A stretch of DNA of 64,000 nt from Coniocarpon cinnabarinum (Eukaryota): assembly GCA_051942205.1 (NCBI GenBank), contig JAVECO010000044.1, forward strand, positions 1-64,000, given 5' to 3'. The position numbers were made by a program, and so were the translations under genes. Under the pieces are notes generated by a model, which ran no database searches, had not been told where the DNA came from, and saw nothing but the letters and a program-made list of their open reading frames with translations. Position 1 is the stretch's first letter. Each line of letters begins with the position of its first letter. This document shows positions 33,647 to 43,878 of this stretch, in pieces.

Positions 33647-35641
33647 ATGTCGCGGGCCGGCGGTACTCGCTACGAGACCGTCTATGAAGACCGTGACCGC
33701 GACTATTACCGTGGCGGCGGGGGCGGTGGAGCTAGTCGGTCTCGCTACAATGATGTCGATGTAGACGTGCGAACTCGCGACGACTACGAGCGCCGGCCAC
33801 GACAGCCCGAGTTCTTGAGGGAAGACTATGGCCGCACTAATGCTGGCCCAGTGGTGTTGGCTAGGGACGGCGACCGTCGCAAGCCTGCCCGTGATTATGA
33901 GGAGGAAGAAATCTTGGTCAAAACAAAAAGCAGAGACAAGACTCGCGACCCGCCAGCTAGATACAGAGATGAGTACGATGTAGACATTCGAGAGACTGAA
34001 TCGCGCCGACCTGAACGACGTCGAGAGCGTGACGACGTGGACGTGGATGTCTACGAGAAGCGTTCTGCAGCGCCCTCTCGCCGTGGCCGCGATGAAGTCG
34101 ATGTCGACATTCGTGAGAGTGACACCCGTTCCCGAACAACAAGACGAGACCATGACCACGATGACATTGACATCAACATTCGCTCGACTTCCCGTCCGGC
34201 ACCGCCAAAGCGTATGAACACAGAAGATATCGTATTCCGGCGCGGGGAAGGTGAAAGACGAAGGCCAACCGAGAGCGTAGCAAATAAGGAAGATATCCAC
34301 ATTCGACGTGATGATCACTTCGACAATCGTCGGGGAGGCAGCAGGGAGAGAATCAACATTGACATCCGTGAGACCTCACGAGACCGAGCTCCACCACGGC
34401 CGCGCTCCAATTACGACCGCGAAGAAATCGACATCCGGATTCGTGAGGACGAGGAGCGACGCCGAACCGACGATGCAAACAGAAACACCTTGGTCGTTCG
34501 TGAGCGGTCCCCATCCCGACAACGGCGGGTAGCAAGTGAACGTGAAGACTACTACTTTCGTAGACGCTCACCCAGCCCACCTCCTCGAAATGAGCAGGAA
34601 GAAATCATCATTCGTCGTAACAGACAGCGCACGCCAAGCCCGAGCCCAAGCCCCCCACGAGCTCCCAGCCCACCAACTCCAGAGCCGATGCCTGAGTTGC
34701 CTCCTATCATACGACCACCTATTCATCAGGACGTCATCACGCACCATCGCCACATTGATCACGGTAAGTTCGGCTGTGCCAGTCATTCTGATTGTTGTGC
34801 GTGTGAACTGATGCATCTCAGGAATAGTCCGAGCATTGTCAAGCAAGTCCTCTTCTCCTTCGCCTCCACCACCGCCCAAGCGGCGCGAGCCGGAGAGACG
34901 TCGTGATGATTTCGAGGTCGAGATCCGGCGTCGCGACGGCCGCGGCGGCGAAGAAGACATTCGCATCCGCGACCGCGATGATGACAAGCGCTCACGAAAA
35001 GCTACAACCGTTCGTGGATCATCGCCCAGTTCGAATGAGAAAATTGAAACGCGTTCCCACCGATCGCGCTCGCAAGCCGCACCGAGAGTTCGTTCGAGGT
35101 CTCGAGGCCAAGAGAAGCGCGAGCGTGAGAATTTCGAATTATCTCTCGAAATCAACAACAACACGAATGATGAGCGACGGCTTGTGCCCATGCCACCTCA
35201 GGCTCCTCCTGCGCCTACGCGCCCGAAAGAAATGTGGACGGAGGTCACGAAGGACCTGGTGTCCAGGGAAGCGATTGAATATATGGGCTACCCATATGAG
35301 GAGACGGCCGATTTCTTCTATATCATGGAATACATGCGATACGTGGGTACTTATATATCTTTGCTCGGTAAACCGAAACTGACACGCGTCTCTAGGAGGA
35401 TGTCACACGTCTAGTCGAAATCTCGGAGGATCTGCATCGCGACCGTCGCCAGCGTATTGAGCAGATCCAATGGGAGCGACAAGATCCTCGTCTTCCGGAG
35501 CCGCGTTACAATGATGGGCCTCGCCGCAGTATTGAAGGTCCTCGCGATCGCGACCGAGATCGACGTGACTACGACGAGCGCATCTACGAGCGAGAGGTGA
35601 TTTATGAAGACGGCACGCGCCGACGGTACCGCGTGCCCTGA
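33647..35641 (+). CDS. Arg/Asp/Glu-rich fungal hypothetical protein; exons 33647-34763, 34822-35342, 35396-35641
   Basis: Repeated [DE]-[VI]-D-[VI]-D-I-R-E motifs, ITHHRHIDHG, and a compact C-terminal domain MWTEVTKDLVSREAIEYMGYPYEET..FFYIMEYMRYEDVTRLVEIS. Introns 34764-34821 and 35343-35395 are canonical and phase-compatible. Confidence 0.85.
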
Positions 35642-35901
35642 TGTGCAAACGAAAATAGCTCATGAACACATCTAGGAGAGCTTATGTTTGGGTATTGAAT
35701 CTTTTTGTTCAGTGATGAAAACGATCAAACTTGGAGTAAGCCCGTGCCGATGCAACCGGACGCGTTCGCGTCAGCGACAGCTTACGAAGGTCAGGTATTG
35801 GAAAATACCGTTATGAATGATGTATTTACGCAGCGTGCATTTTCCTCGAGGAATGGCAGCAATTGCTCCGTTCAAGTCGTTTCGTCGTTCATTCTGCCCG
35901 T

Positions 35902-36057
35902 GCACGTGACCTGAAAGGACGTAGATCGCAAGAAGACGCGTGGCATCTCGGACGATGCACGTGACAGTGGCAATGAATGCAATGTGGCACTCGGTTCGCG
36001 AAGCAAACAGCGTTTCGCACATCCCGTCACCTTTGTGAAGCGCTCCTCGTCACGTGC
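35902..36057. promoter_or_regulatory. Three GCACGTGAC E-box (bHLH-type) sites upstream of the 36189 gene
   Basis: GCACGTGAC at 35902 and 35957 and its reverse complement GTCACGTGC at 36049, all within 290 bp of the ATG at 36189. Confidence 0.55.
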
Positions 36058-36188
36058 TTTGCGTCACCAGACGTCCCGCGACAACAAAGCGCCTCAGGCC
36101 TTTGCCGCCTGTCTTTCTGTGACTTCCTCCTTTGATCCAATCCTACCCTTCTCCTCCACTCCTTTAGCAACTGAAAACATCATCAAAT

Positions 36189-37586
36189 ATGACTTTGAAG
36201 TGGCTCGGCGTCCTCGCCGGCGTGGCGCTGGCCGCTGATGCCTTCATGATCCCCTCCACTGTGTCGATGCCTGAGGCCAAGGGTGACGGCATCGAGGCGC
36301 TGAAAGCGCTTGATCCCTCTAAGCTTGTAAACCCCCAGTCTCCTGGCCAGATTGTGAAGCTGCCATGTCCAAAGTGCCAGCTTCCAGGCGGGATCAGCGC
36401 AGATATGTCTTTGGTATGAGGATTCTCTTTCCATCTCCGCGAAGACCACGTGGCCGCTAACAAGTGACGACAGATCCTCAACTGGACCGTCGCCGATGAC
36501 GATAAAATGCTCACGCTGAATGATGCCCCTTTCTATGGCTCAGACAACGCTGAGCCTGCAGACCACTACAACTTTATGCAAATTCCGAGCGCCCTCCCTG
36601 ATTTTTTGGTGAAACTCTTATCGTCACATGGTCAGATCAATTATCAGCACGGCTCTGATGGCGAGGCTCATGTACTGGAGCCGCTCTCAGTCAATGTACG
36701 CACCAACATTCGTGAAATCGAAGCGACGGACGACACCGTCGCTCAACTGATTGACATCGACTTCCATGTCGATGATGCGACTGTGGGCAATACTGATGGC
36801 ATCTCCTTGCGGGTCATGAGAGATGAGGAGAACAAGCTCAACATTCTCGAAGTGGTCCGCGTACCCGCCGACGGTTCGACGCCTGACGACGACAAGACCC
36901 AAGATCCCACCGAGGAGGAGCAGACATTCGAAATCCTGCCCATCTCCCCCGTCAACCCCGCTTCGCAAGGTCATGCCCCAGCTCCACCAGGCGTTCCCGT
37001 GCTCCGACACAAGCCACAAATCGTCAACTGCCACGGCTTGCCTCTGTCCATCTGCCGCCTCCGTCACATCATCAAGACCAGAATCATGGCCATGCACCGC
37101 GCCATGGCCGCCGCCATGTCCGGCCGTCCATCACGAGGCCAACATCGCCCATGCATGAAGGCACGCCCCAACGGTCCACCAGGCCTTAACATCAAGGGCG
37201 GCGTCAACAAGTTCACCAACCCCGATGGCACACCCAAGATTCAGCACCTCCCTCACGAAGTCGACGCGAGCCCACTCTTCCGGGCGTGCCGCGTACTGCG
37301 CCGCTTCTTCTTCGGTTTCGTCGTGCCTGTCATGATCGGTGTAGCCGCAGGCATGACTGCGTCTCTTGCCGGTATGCTCGTTGGTACTGTTCTAGCCATG
37401 CTCTGGTTCAAGATCCGTCGCGGGGGCAAGCGCGGTCAGCAAGGTAATGTGCGTCTTGAGCAGGGCGAAGAGCACGAGAGTGAAGGCTTGATGAAGGAGC
37501 AGGAGGCTGAGGCTGATGCTGCGCCGAGGTACAGTGAGGAGGCTTTGCCAGCCTACGAGGAGAAGGAGAAGCAGACCGAGCAGTGA
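36189..37586 (+). CDS. Signal-peptide plus C-terminal transmembrane protein of unknown function; exons 36189-36413, 36474-37586
   Basis: Signal peptide MTLKWLGVLAGVALAADA-FMIP, a CPKC motif and intron GTATGA..GCTAAC..CAG (36414-36473). Long hydrophobic segment VVPVMIGVAAGMTASLAGMLVGTVLAMLW and a cytosolic tail with LPAY. Confidence 0.85.
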
Positions 37587-38028
37587 GCTCGTAAAGCGCT
37601 GGAAGGAGGACTGGGCATGACGTTGATGAAACGCTGAAGGATCTTCTTTAGGGGTTTCGGCAAATTGCATGGCACGATTGATGGATGTATCAATAGGCAG
37701 GCGTTGAATTCAAGGGTTTGTTTATTACAATATCATCTTCATGTGCCTGTACCGTGTTGAAAAATTCTGATCGTGCAGAGATCTATCTGATTCGATCAGA
37801 TTTGCAGGCACGGGAATGAACATTCGCCACATTTGCAGCCCAAAAGTGCCTCATGCGTGTCTGCGTTTGACCGTTCCAAGCCTGCCCCTGCCCCTGTGCA
37901 AGTAACAGTGTCCGCACTCAGGTCACTTCAAATTCGCCTTTCACAAGGCCCAATGCCCATTCCCATCTCCTGCATCACTCATAACCAATGAAGAGCTGTA
38001 TTCTCCTCCCACTGCTACGTGCGAAATC

Positions 38029-38381
38029 ATGGCCACAATAAGTAACACCAATCACGAAAACGACACCAAATCCACGACCGAAAAACAAGAAGAAGCACTC
38101 AACTACGTGCACCTCATCCTCGCCACCGTCCAACGAGAACGATATCTCGACTTTGTGATGAACCGCTTTCACTACGATGATGTATGGGATAAGGGCATGA
38201 GCGCCATGGGCACCCCTGAGGGCGCTTGGTATCGCGACTATCGCTGGCGGCTGGATCTGAAAGTGGATAGTGAGATTTTTGAGGCTCTCGGGGCGTGTTG
38301 GAGGGGTTGGTGGCGGGAGGTAAGAGGCAGCGGAAGGTGGGTTTGGCGGCTTTGGAGTTTTTGGAACTTGATTGTGAGTAG
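38029..38381 (+). pseudogene. Tandem family copy 1; frameshift near the 3' end
   Basis: MATISN...EKQEEALNYVHLIL...AWY...IFEALGACWRGWWRE is in frame from the ATG. The family C-terminus RKVGLAALEFLELDCE* (38331-38381) lies in a different frame, with the shift at about 38320-38330. It could still encode a 118 aa variant ending at 38385. Confidence 0.75.
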
Positions 38382-38408
38382 GTGAGTGAGTGAGTGAGTG
38401 AGTGAGTG
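38382..38408. repeat. (GTGA)6 microsatellite
   Basis: gtgagtgagtgagtgagtgagtgagtg directly after the copy 1 stop; a ggtgattggtt duplication follows shortly after. Confidence 0.9.
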
Positions 38409-38649
38409 GGGGGTTTGAAGGGTGGTGATTGGTTGGTGATTGGTTGGTGGTATGCTGCTACCTGGGGTAATAGAGGAACAGTGGCAGCACGCTCGTTGCT
38501 CTAACGCGCCTCTCACCTAAGCATAATGGTGAGTGCCTTCTGTATCTATATCAATATCGTATAAATGCTATTTCTTTCTTCTCCTGCTAGCTCCGTCCTT
38601 GCAACAGTTCCGACCTTCCACTGACTTGAGACACTTACTAAGCGTCATT

Positions 38650-38992
38650 ATGGCTCTACCAAGTGACATCCATAGTAAACGCAACAAAAACGAACAACAA
38701 CAGGAAGCTCTCAACTACGTCCACCGCATCCTCACCACCCTCCAACGCGCCTGGCGCCTCGAATACGACGCCAGCAAAGCCCACGGCATCAATTGCATCT
38801 ACGCGGACGCCCGTCACGCGGGACGAGCGCTCCTGGTACCGGACCCAATTCGGGTACGTGAAGCGGACGCATTTCGACGCCGAGACGTTTTGGGCACTCG
38901 AGGCGGCGTGAAGGGGGTGGTCGCGGGAGTTGCGCGGCAATCGGAGGGTGGGATTGGCGGCTTTGGAGTTTTTGGATTTGGAGCTTGATTGA
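38650..38992 (+). pseudogene. Tandem family copy 2; frameshift plus premature stop
   Basis: Frame 1 gives MALPSD...QQQEALNYVHRILTTLQRAWRLEY...CIYAD. After about 38810, homology continues in frame 2 as PVTRDERSWYRTQ...FDAETFWALEAA*(TGA 38909-38911)RGWSRELRGNRRVGLAALEFLDLELD*. The TGA replaces a Trp conserved in most other copies. Confidence 0.85.
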
Positions 38993-39264
38993 GTGATAGA
39001 TGAGTGGGGGTTTGGTGGGTCGTGATACTGTTATGAATTGAGTGGTGGTGCATACGCTGCTGGGGCAATGGCGGAAATGTGCTAGATGGCATCTTGATCG
39101 CTCCGAATTGCATTTTACCTGCGTCTGATTCTGATTTACCTTCTCTAGCACTGCGCTTGAGATTCATGTCCTATAAGCGCTGTGCTTCTCCTCTCTTTAC
39201 TGCATTTGCACTCGCAATCGTTCTGACCCTCCTTTGATATAAAACGCGCATACCACTAACCGTC

Positions 39265-39651
39265 ATGACTACAACAAACCGCAAGACGAGTCGCGAACGC
39301 GACGAGAGATCTACAACCGAAACCCAACAAGCAGCCCTCGACTACGTCCACCGCATCCTATCCACCTCCGAAGAACGATGGGATCTAGAATTCAAGGCAA
39401 ACACAGCGTCCACCACCCGATGCATCTACGAAGACCTAGACTTTCCCGTTAGCAGTACCCTGCAGGAAAGATGCTGGTGTCGCTTCCAGGCCCGGTTCGA
39501 ACAATTGCGTTTCGATTTCAAGACCTTCTACGAGATTGAGAGGGTTGGGAGGCAGTGGCGGTGGGAATTGAGGGAGGATCGGAAGGGGAGATTGGCGGTT
39601 TTGGTGTTTTTGGAGCTTGACGGTAGGCGTGAGTGGGATTTGGAGCGGTGA
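39265..39651 (+). CDS. Tandem family copy 3 (128 aa, intact)
   Basis: TETQQAALDYVHRILS...RWDLEFKA...RFDFKTFYEIERVGRQWRWELRE...LAVLVFLEL. TATAAG lies about 93 nt upstream of the ATG. Confidence 0.8.
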   Translation: MTTTNRKTSRERDERSTTETQQAALDYVHRILSTSEERWDLEFKANTASTTRCIYEDLDFPVSSTLQERCWCRFQARFEQLRFDFKTFYEIERVGRQWRWELREDRKGRLAVLVFLELDGRREWDLER

Positions 39652-39857
39652 TGGTGACGTGTGGGTTCTGTGATCGTGACATAAGGTTACGTAACAGTAC
39701 TAGCACCGATATCGCGTGAATCGCCTTTTACCTGTGCCTGAAGCTAATTCCCTTCGCCTACATTGCGTCCAATATTAATAGTACTGTATTTCTTTCCTGC
39801 TGCTACGTGCTAGCATTACCTTTATCTCCCACTGACTCAGACATGGAGAGCAACCAC

Positions 39858-40298
39858 ATGGCCACACCAGTCACCAACCCCGCAAGCGCCACAAAGTCGT
39901 ACACCGAAAAGCAACAAGAAGTCCTGAACTACGTCCACCGCATCCTCTCGAGCTTCGAAACAGAATGGGACTTAGACTTCAAAGCAAGCAGAGCGTTCGC
40001 CACCCGCTGCGCACACGAAGCCACCCATCCTCCGACCATTGAACACGAGACTACTCATGACGAACGGCGGTGGTATCGCTCGCAGGCCCAATACCTGGAG
40101 CGGGCGCGTCTCGATTTCGATACGTTTTTTGCGATTGAGGAGGTGTGGCGGTATTGGCGGAGGGAGTTGAGGGAGGGCGAGAGGAAAGTGGGGCTGGCGG
40201 CTTTGGGATTTTTGAATCTGGAGGTTGAGGGAGAGGGTGGGGTTGAAGGCGGGAGTAGTGACGGGTGGTTGGTGATGAAGGGGTTATCGGCAGCTTAG
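39858..40298 (+). CDS. Tandem family copy 4 (146 aa, intact; alternative ATG at 39843)
   Basis: MATPVT...TEKQQEVLNYVHRILS...EWDLDFKA...ERRWYRSQ...LDFDTFFAIEEVWRYWRRELREGERKVGLAALGFLNL. Confidence 0.8.
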   Translation: MATPVTNPASATKSYTEKQQEVLNYVHRILSSFETEWDLDFKASRAFATRCAHEATHPPTIEHETTHDERRWYRSQAQYLERARLDFDTFFAIEEVWRYWRRELREGERKVGLAALGFLNLEVEGEGGVEGGSSDGWLVMKGLSAA

Positions 40299-40795
40299 TG
40301 ATACACCGCTGTGGATTTTGAGAAGGTATGAATTTGAGACGTAGCTGATTCTGACTGGGTGTGGTTATGATTTCATTGTGTGTTTGGACGAATTTTGAGG
40401 TGGAGATGAATACAGCTCGAGACTTTAGATTTTTCCAACTATCTTTAGGTGCTTGCACTTGCTTCGGGACATTACCTGTGTGCAGCCTAGCCACAGGAAG
40501 AGCCTTTCTCACGTCCCTTTTCTTGATCTTTCTGCATTGTTCCCTTGTCCCGTTTGCGCCTTACCAGGAGGTGCCAGGTACAGGCTCCATGCAAGATCTT
40601 CAACGCAGAGGCGAGAGACGATTCTTTACACTTAGCAACGCTTGCCATTTGCACCTAACTCCTACTGGATTCTTAATGTGATAGCGGTGATTGCGTTTTG
40701 TTGTTTTTAGCCGTTGGCAAGCCATCAACACGAAAAAGTCTGAACAAATTACAGCACGCATCTTGCCTTGGCCTAATACTTACAGCCAATTCCTC

Positions 40796-41167
40796 ATGGC
40801 TACAATAAATCAAGACACCGAGGAGGACATAAATTCGATAATTGAACGTCAACAGCAGGCGCTTGACTACGTCAAACACATACTCGGCACGTGCGAACGC
40901 GAATTTGAGATGGACCGAGACGCATACAATCTTTACTACTGCAAATGCATGTGGGATGCCTGCCGCGACCACCATGCCCCAGCCCAGCAGCGTTGGTATC
41001 TATCTACAATCAAGAACTTCAGAGAAGATGCTGAGTTCAAGTTCAAAGTCTTTTTCGCTCTAAAGAGTTGTTGGAAAGATTGGGGGAACAACGTGCAGCG
41101 GCTGCACGCGGAGGAGGCGAGGAGGGGACTTGCGGCTTTAGAGTTTTTGGAGCTTGGGGATGTGTGA
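40796..41167 (+). CDS. Tandem family copy 5 (123 aa, intact)
   Basis: MATINQ...IERQQQALDYVKHILG...QRWYL...FKFKVFFALKSCWKDW...RRGLAALEFLELGDV*. Confidence 0.8.
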   Translation: MATINQDTEEDINSIIERQQQALDYVKHILGTCEREFEMDRDAYNLYYCKCMWDACRDHHAPAQQRWYLSTIKNFREDAEFKFKVFFALKSCWKDWGNNVQRLHAEEARRGLAALEFLELGDV

Positions 41168-41587
41168 TTGTGGGTTTGAAGAGGCCAGGCTAATAGAGAG
41201 GCTGATGATACGCTCATGGGAAAATGGCAAAGGCGCTGGAAGGTTTACGTCGCTTAGAAGAACGCTTTACTAGCACCTCATGTCGAAGACTTGCCTCAGT
41301 GTCCGCTACCCTTTTGCTGTGCTGGTATTAGATGACAATTCAAATAAGAAAGCCTTTCTATTCGCTTGGTACCAAACACCTTCGAGTATTGTGTTGTATA
41401 CTGCGCAGTGCTCTGCTTATTTCCTTTTTGACAGTCTACAACGTGCGTTCCGCCTTTGCGCACTATTCTTCATCTTATTGTGTACTGCGTTCGAAATTCT
41501 TCTGTATTATGTTTGCCTTATTATCAAAAATATTAACAACACGCATCTCAACTTGTCTTGAGGCGGGCTCAAGCGACAACAAATCTT

Positions 41588-41992
41588 ATGGCTTCTACAA
41601 ATTGGTCCATGACTCACGCTAACGACTCGAAATCTGTCACTGAACGCCTGCAGAAAGCATTAGATTACGTCGAATGCATCCTCGCGACCTACCAACGCGA
41701 GTATCGCCTCGAAGACGACGCGCATAGTTTTTGCTACCTCAAATGCAAAGAGGAAACCAACATCCCCACCAATACTCAGGACGAGCAGATTTGGTACCTG
41801 TGTCAAGATAGGCTCATGAAGAATCCCAAGTTTGATTTTGAATTCTACTTCGCTCTTCACGATTGTTGGGTGCATTGGCGGAGGAGGATCCAGCTGCTGC
41901 GCGAGGAAAATCAGATGATGGGACTTGCGGCTTTGGAATTCTTACGGCTTGCGGAAGGGGGATTGAGATGTAGGAATTCGAATGCAATTTGA
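41588..41992 (+). CDS. Tandem family copy 6 (134 aa, intact)
   Basis: MASTNW...TERLQKALDYVECILA...EQIWYL...FDFEFYFALHDCWVHWRRRI...MGLAALEFLRL. Confidence 0.8.
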   Translation: MASTNWSMTHANDSKSVTERLQKALDYVECILATYQREYRLEDDAHSFCYLKCKEETNIPTNTQDEQIWYLCQDRLMKNPKFDFEFYFALHDCWVHWRRRIQLLREENQMMGLAALEFLRLAEGGLRCRNSNAI

Positions 41993-42384
41993 TAAAGGGT
42001 AATTCACCAGGATGTCTTAGAGGAAACTGACAGGTGGGTAGAGGGGATGATATATGTACTTGCTCAAGGCTATGAATGCGAGATTGTCGTCACGTATGAC
42101 GAGTTCTCGGATAAGGACTAGACTCAATTGCTTCGATAGAAAAATTCTTCAAATTTACGAGCATTCCTCTCAGCATGGTTTGACGAAGTGAAAAAATCAT
42201 AAATCATATCCAGTAGTGGGACACGGAGTGAGGAGCTCCAAAATATGCCTTAAGAGTTAGGCAACGTATCAATGGCGACGGAGCATGAGGCAGCGGAAAA
42301 TCAAAGCTCGTCTGATCGAACTTCGCGCAGTGAGTAGACTTGCAAGCCTGACAGCAAGTTGGGAGCGTCAGCTTCTTAATCACC

Positions 42385-43878
42385 ATGGCAAGCTTGCTCA
42401 AGAATATGCTGGGCGGCAATGCGCCTCAGAATCCAGCTGCCACACCTGAAGACGCAGGTAAGTCTGCCGCACAGCTCGGCCTGCCTTCCAGTGATATTTA
42501 CTGCTGCCAGACTTTGCCGACTTCGCTGGAGCACCCCAACCGTCCCCAATACCATCGGTGTACAATGCTGCCTCCAGCTCCCTCGCTGCATCCGCAGAGA
42601 CCACTTCCAGCTATCGCGGTCAGCCACTGATACGTCCATATACCAAATGGTACCGAGTCTGGGAGCGCGTCACGATTGCCGACTTCTACTCGGAGCTCTT
42701 CGTCCTCCCGTTCATCATCGTGATCGTGCTTGTACACCTGTGGGGCACGCGACAGAACCGCCGGAAAGTGCGCTCGTGGGCTTCAGCGCACAAGCATATC
42801 CTCGACTCTGAGTATGCGCTTGTGGGATTTGAGCGATTGCCAAAGGCTGGTAGTAGTGACAGCGCGGGCGGCGGGCCGGATGAGCCAATGACTATCATGA
42901 AGCAGAAGAAGGCGACTGAGTACACGTCGTACGCGACTGGTCGTCAGAACGTGGCGTTTACTGACTTCAAGATTACGCTTGCGCGACGGCACAATCCACC
43001 CATGCGCATTGGCGAGGCGGCGCTGGGGCTTTTCATGGAGAGTCAGGCACCGACTGTCGAGCGCATGGAAGCGAACACCTTTGCGTTCGACGGAAAAGAG
43101 ACCGAGCTTGCGCCGCTGCTGGGTGCGCAGGTTACGGAGCAGGGACTGCAGCCACCCACGCCCGAGCAGAAAGCAGCTGTCAAGGGCGACTTTAAGTCCT
43201 CGTTTGATGGATTTGTGTTCGCGGTCGTGAACAAGGACCTCATGAAGCGACTGCGTGAAGAGCGGTACGACTTGAGCTTGACGAGCACGAAAGACCACCA
43301 GCGACTACCTGGTTGGGCCGCGGTGATGAGTGAGAGTGCCGAAATCACAGAGAGCTTATTGACGCCAGAACTCATCAAGGCAATTGAGAGTGCTGGTGAG
43401 AGGCAGTTCGAGTCGCTAATCATCTCGGATATGCCCATCGATGCGCCCAGAAAGTGAGTCTACAACCAATAGCTAAGATGCGATGTGCAGCTCACATGAC
43501 CCTAGGCTCAATGATATTGTTCCGCGCAAGCGATTAAGTCTCTCTCTTCGCCTTCCGTCGAACGATCAGTCCAGCAACACGCAGTCACTCTTCCAGTATT
43601 TCCTGCGCTTGCCCGACCACCTCGCGCAAGTGTCGCGTTACAGACCAGAGGCGATGCGACGAGTGAAGACGACGCGTGAGGAAGAGCGAAAGAAGATTAA
43701 GGCGAAGTTTGAAAGCGAGGCTGCGGAAGAGAGGAAGAACGTCGCTGATAAAGGCAAGAAAGAGGAGCGGGACAACCGGCTGCGTGGGCTCAGTGCTGAT
43801 GAGCAAAGGAAGGCGTTGGAGAAAGAGAGGGCCCAAGATTTGCGAAAGGGGCAGAGGAAGAAGACTATGCGCCAGTAG
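42385..43878 (+). CDS. CCDC47/DUF1682-family ER membrane protein; exons 42385-42457, 42511-43453, 43506-43878
   Basis: The spliced product has DFADFAGAP, YTKWYRVWER, one transmembrane helix, YATGRQNVAF, FDGFVFAVVNK, LREERYDLSLT, VMSESAEIT and a charged coiled-coil tail (LSADEQRKALEKE). Introns 42458-42510 and 43454-43505 are canonical. Confidence 0.88.

Noticed and set aside
33626..35191. Long antisense ORFs over the Arg/Asp-rich gene, and similar shadows over other genes
   Set aside because: Expected by-products of biased codon usage on the coding strand; they show no independent motifs.
38320..38330. GTAAGAGGCAG looks like an 11-nt GT-AG intron whose removal would restore the frame of array copy 1
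   Set aside because: Far below plausible spliceosomal intron size and without a branch site. A small deletion explains the shift and better keeps the spacing seen in paralogues. Only cDNA could revive the idea.
38909..38911. TGA at a conserved Trp in copy 2 as a target of A-to-I editing or readthrough
   Set aside because: The same copy also has an upstream frameshift that editing cannot fix. Simple pseudogenisation is more parsimonious.
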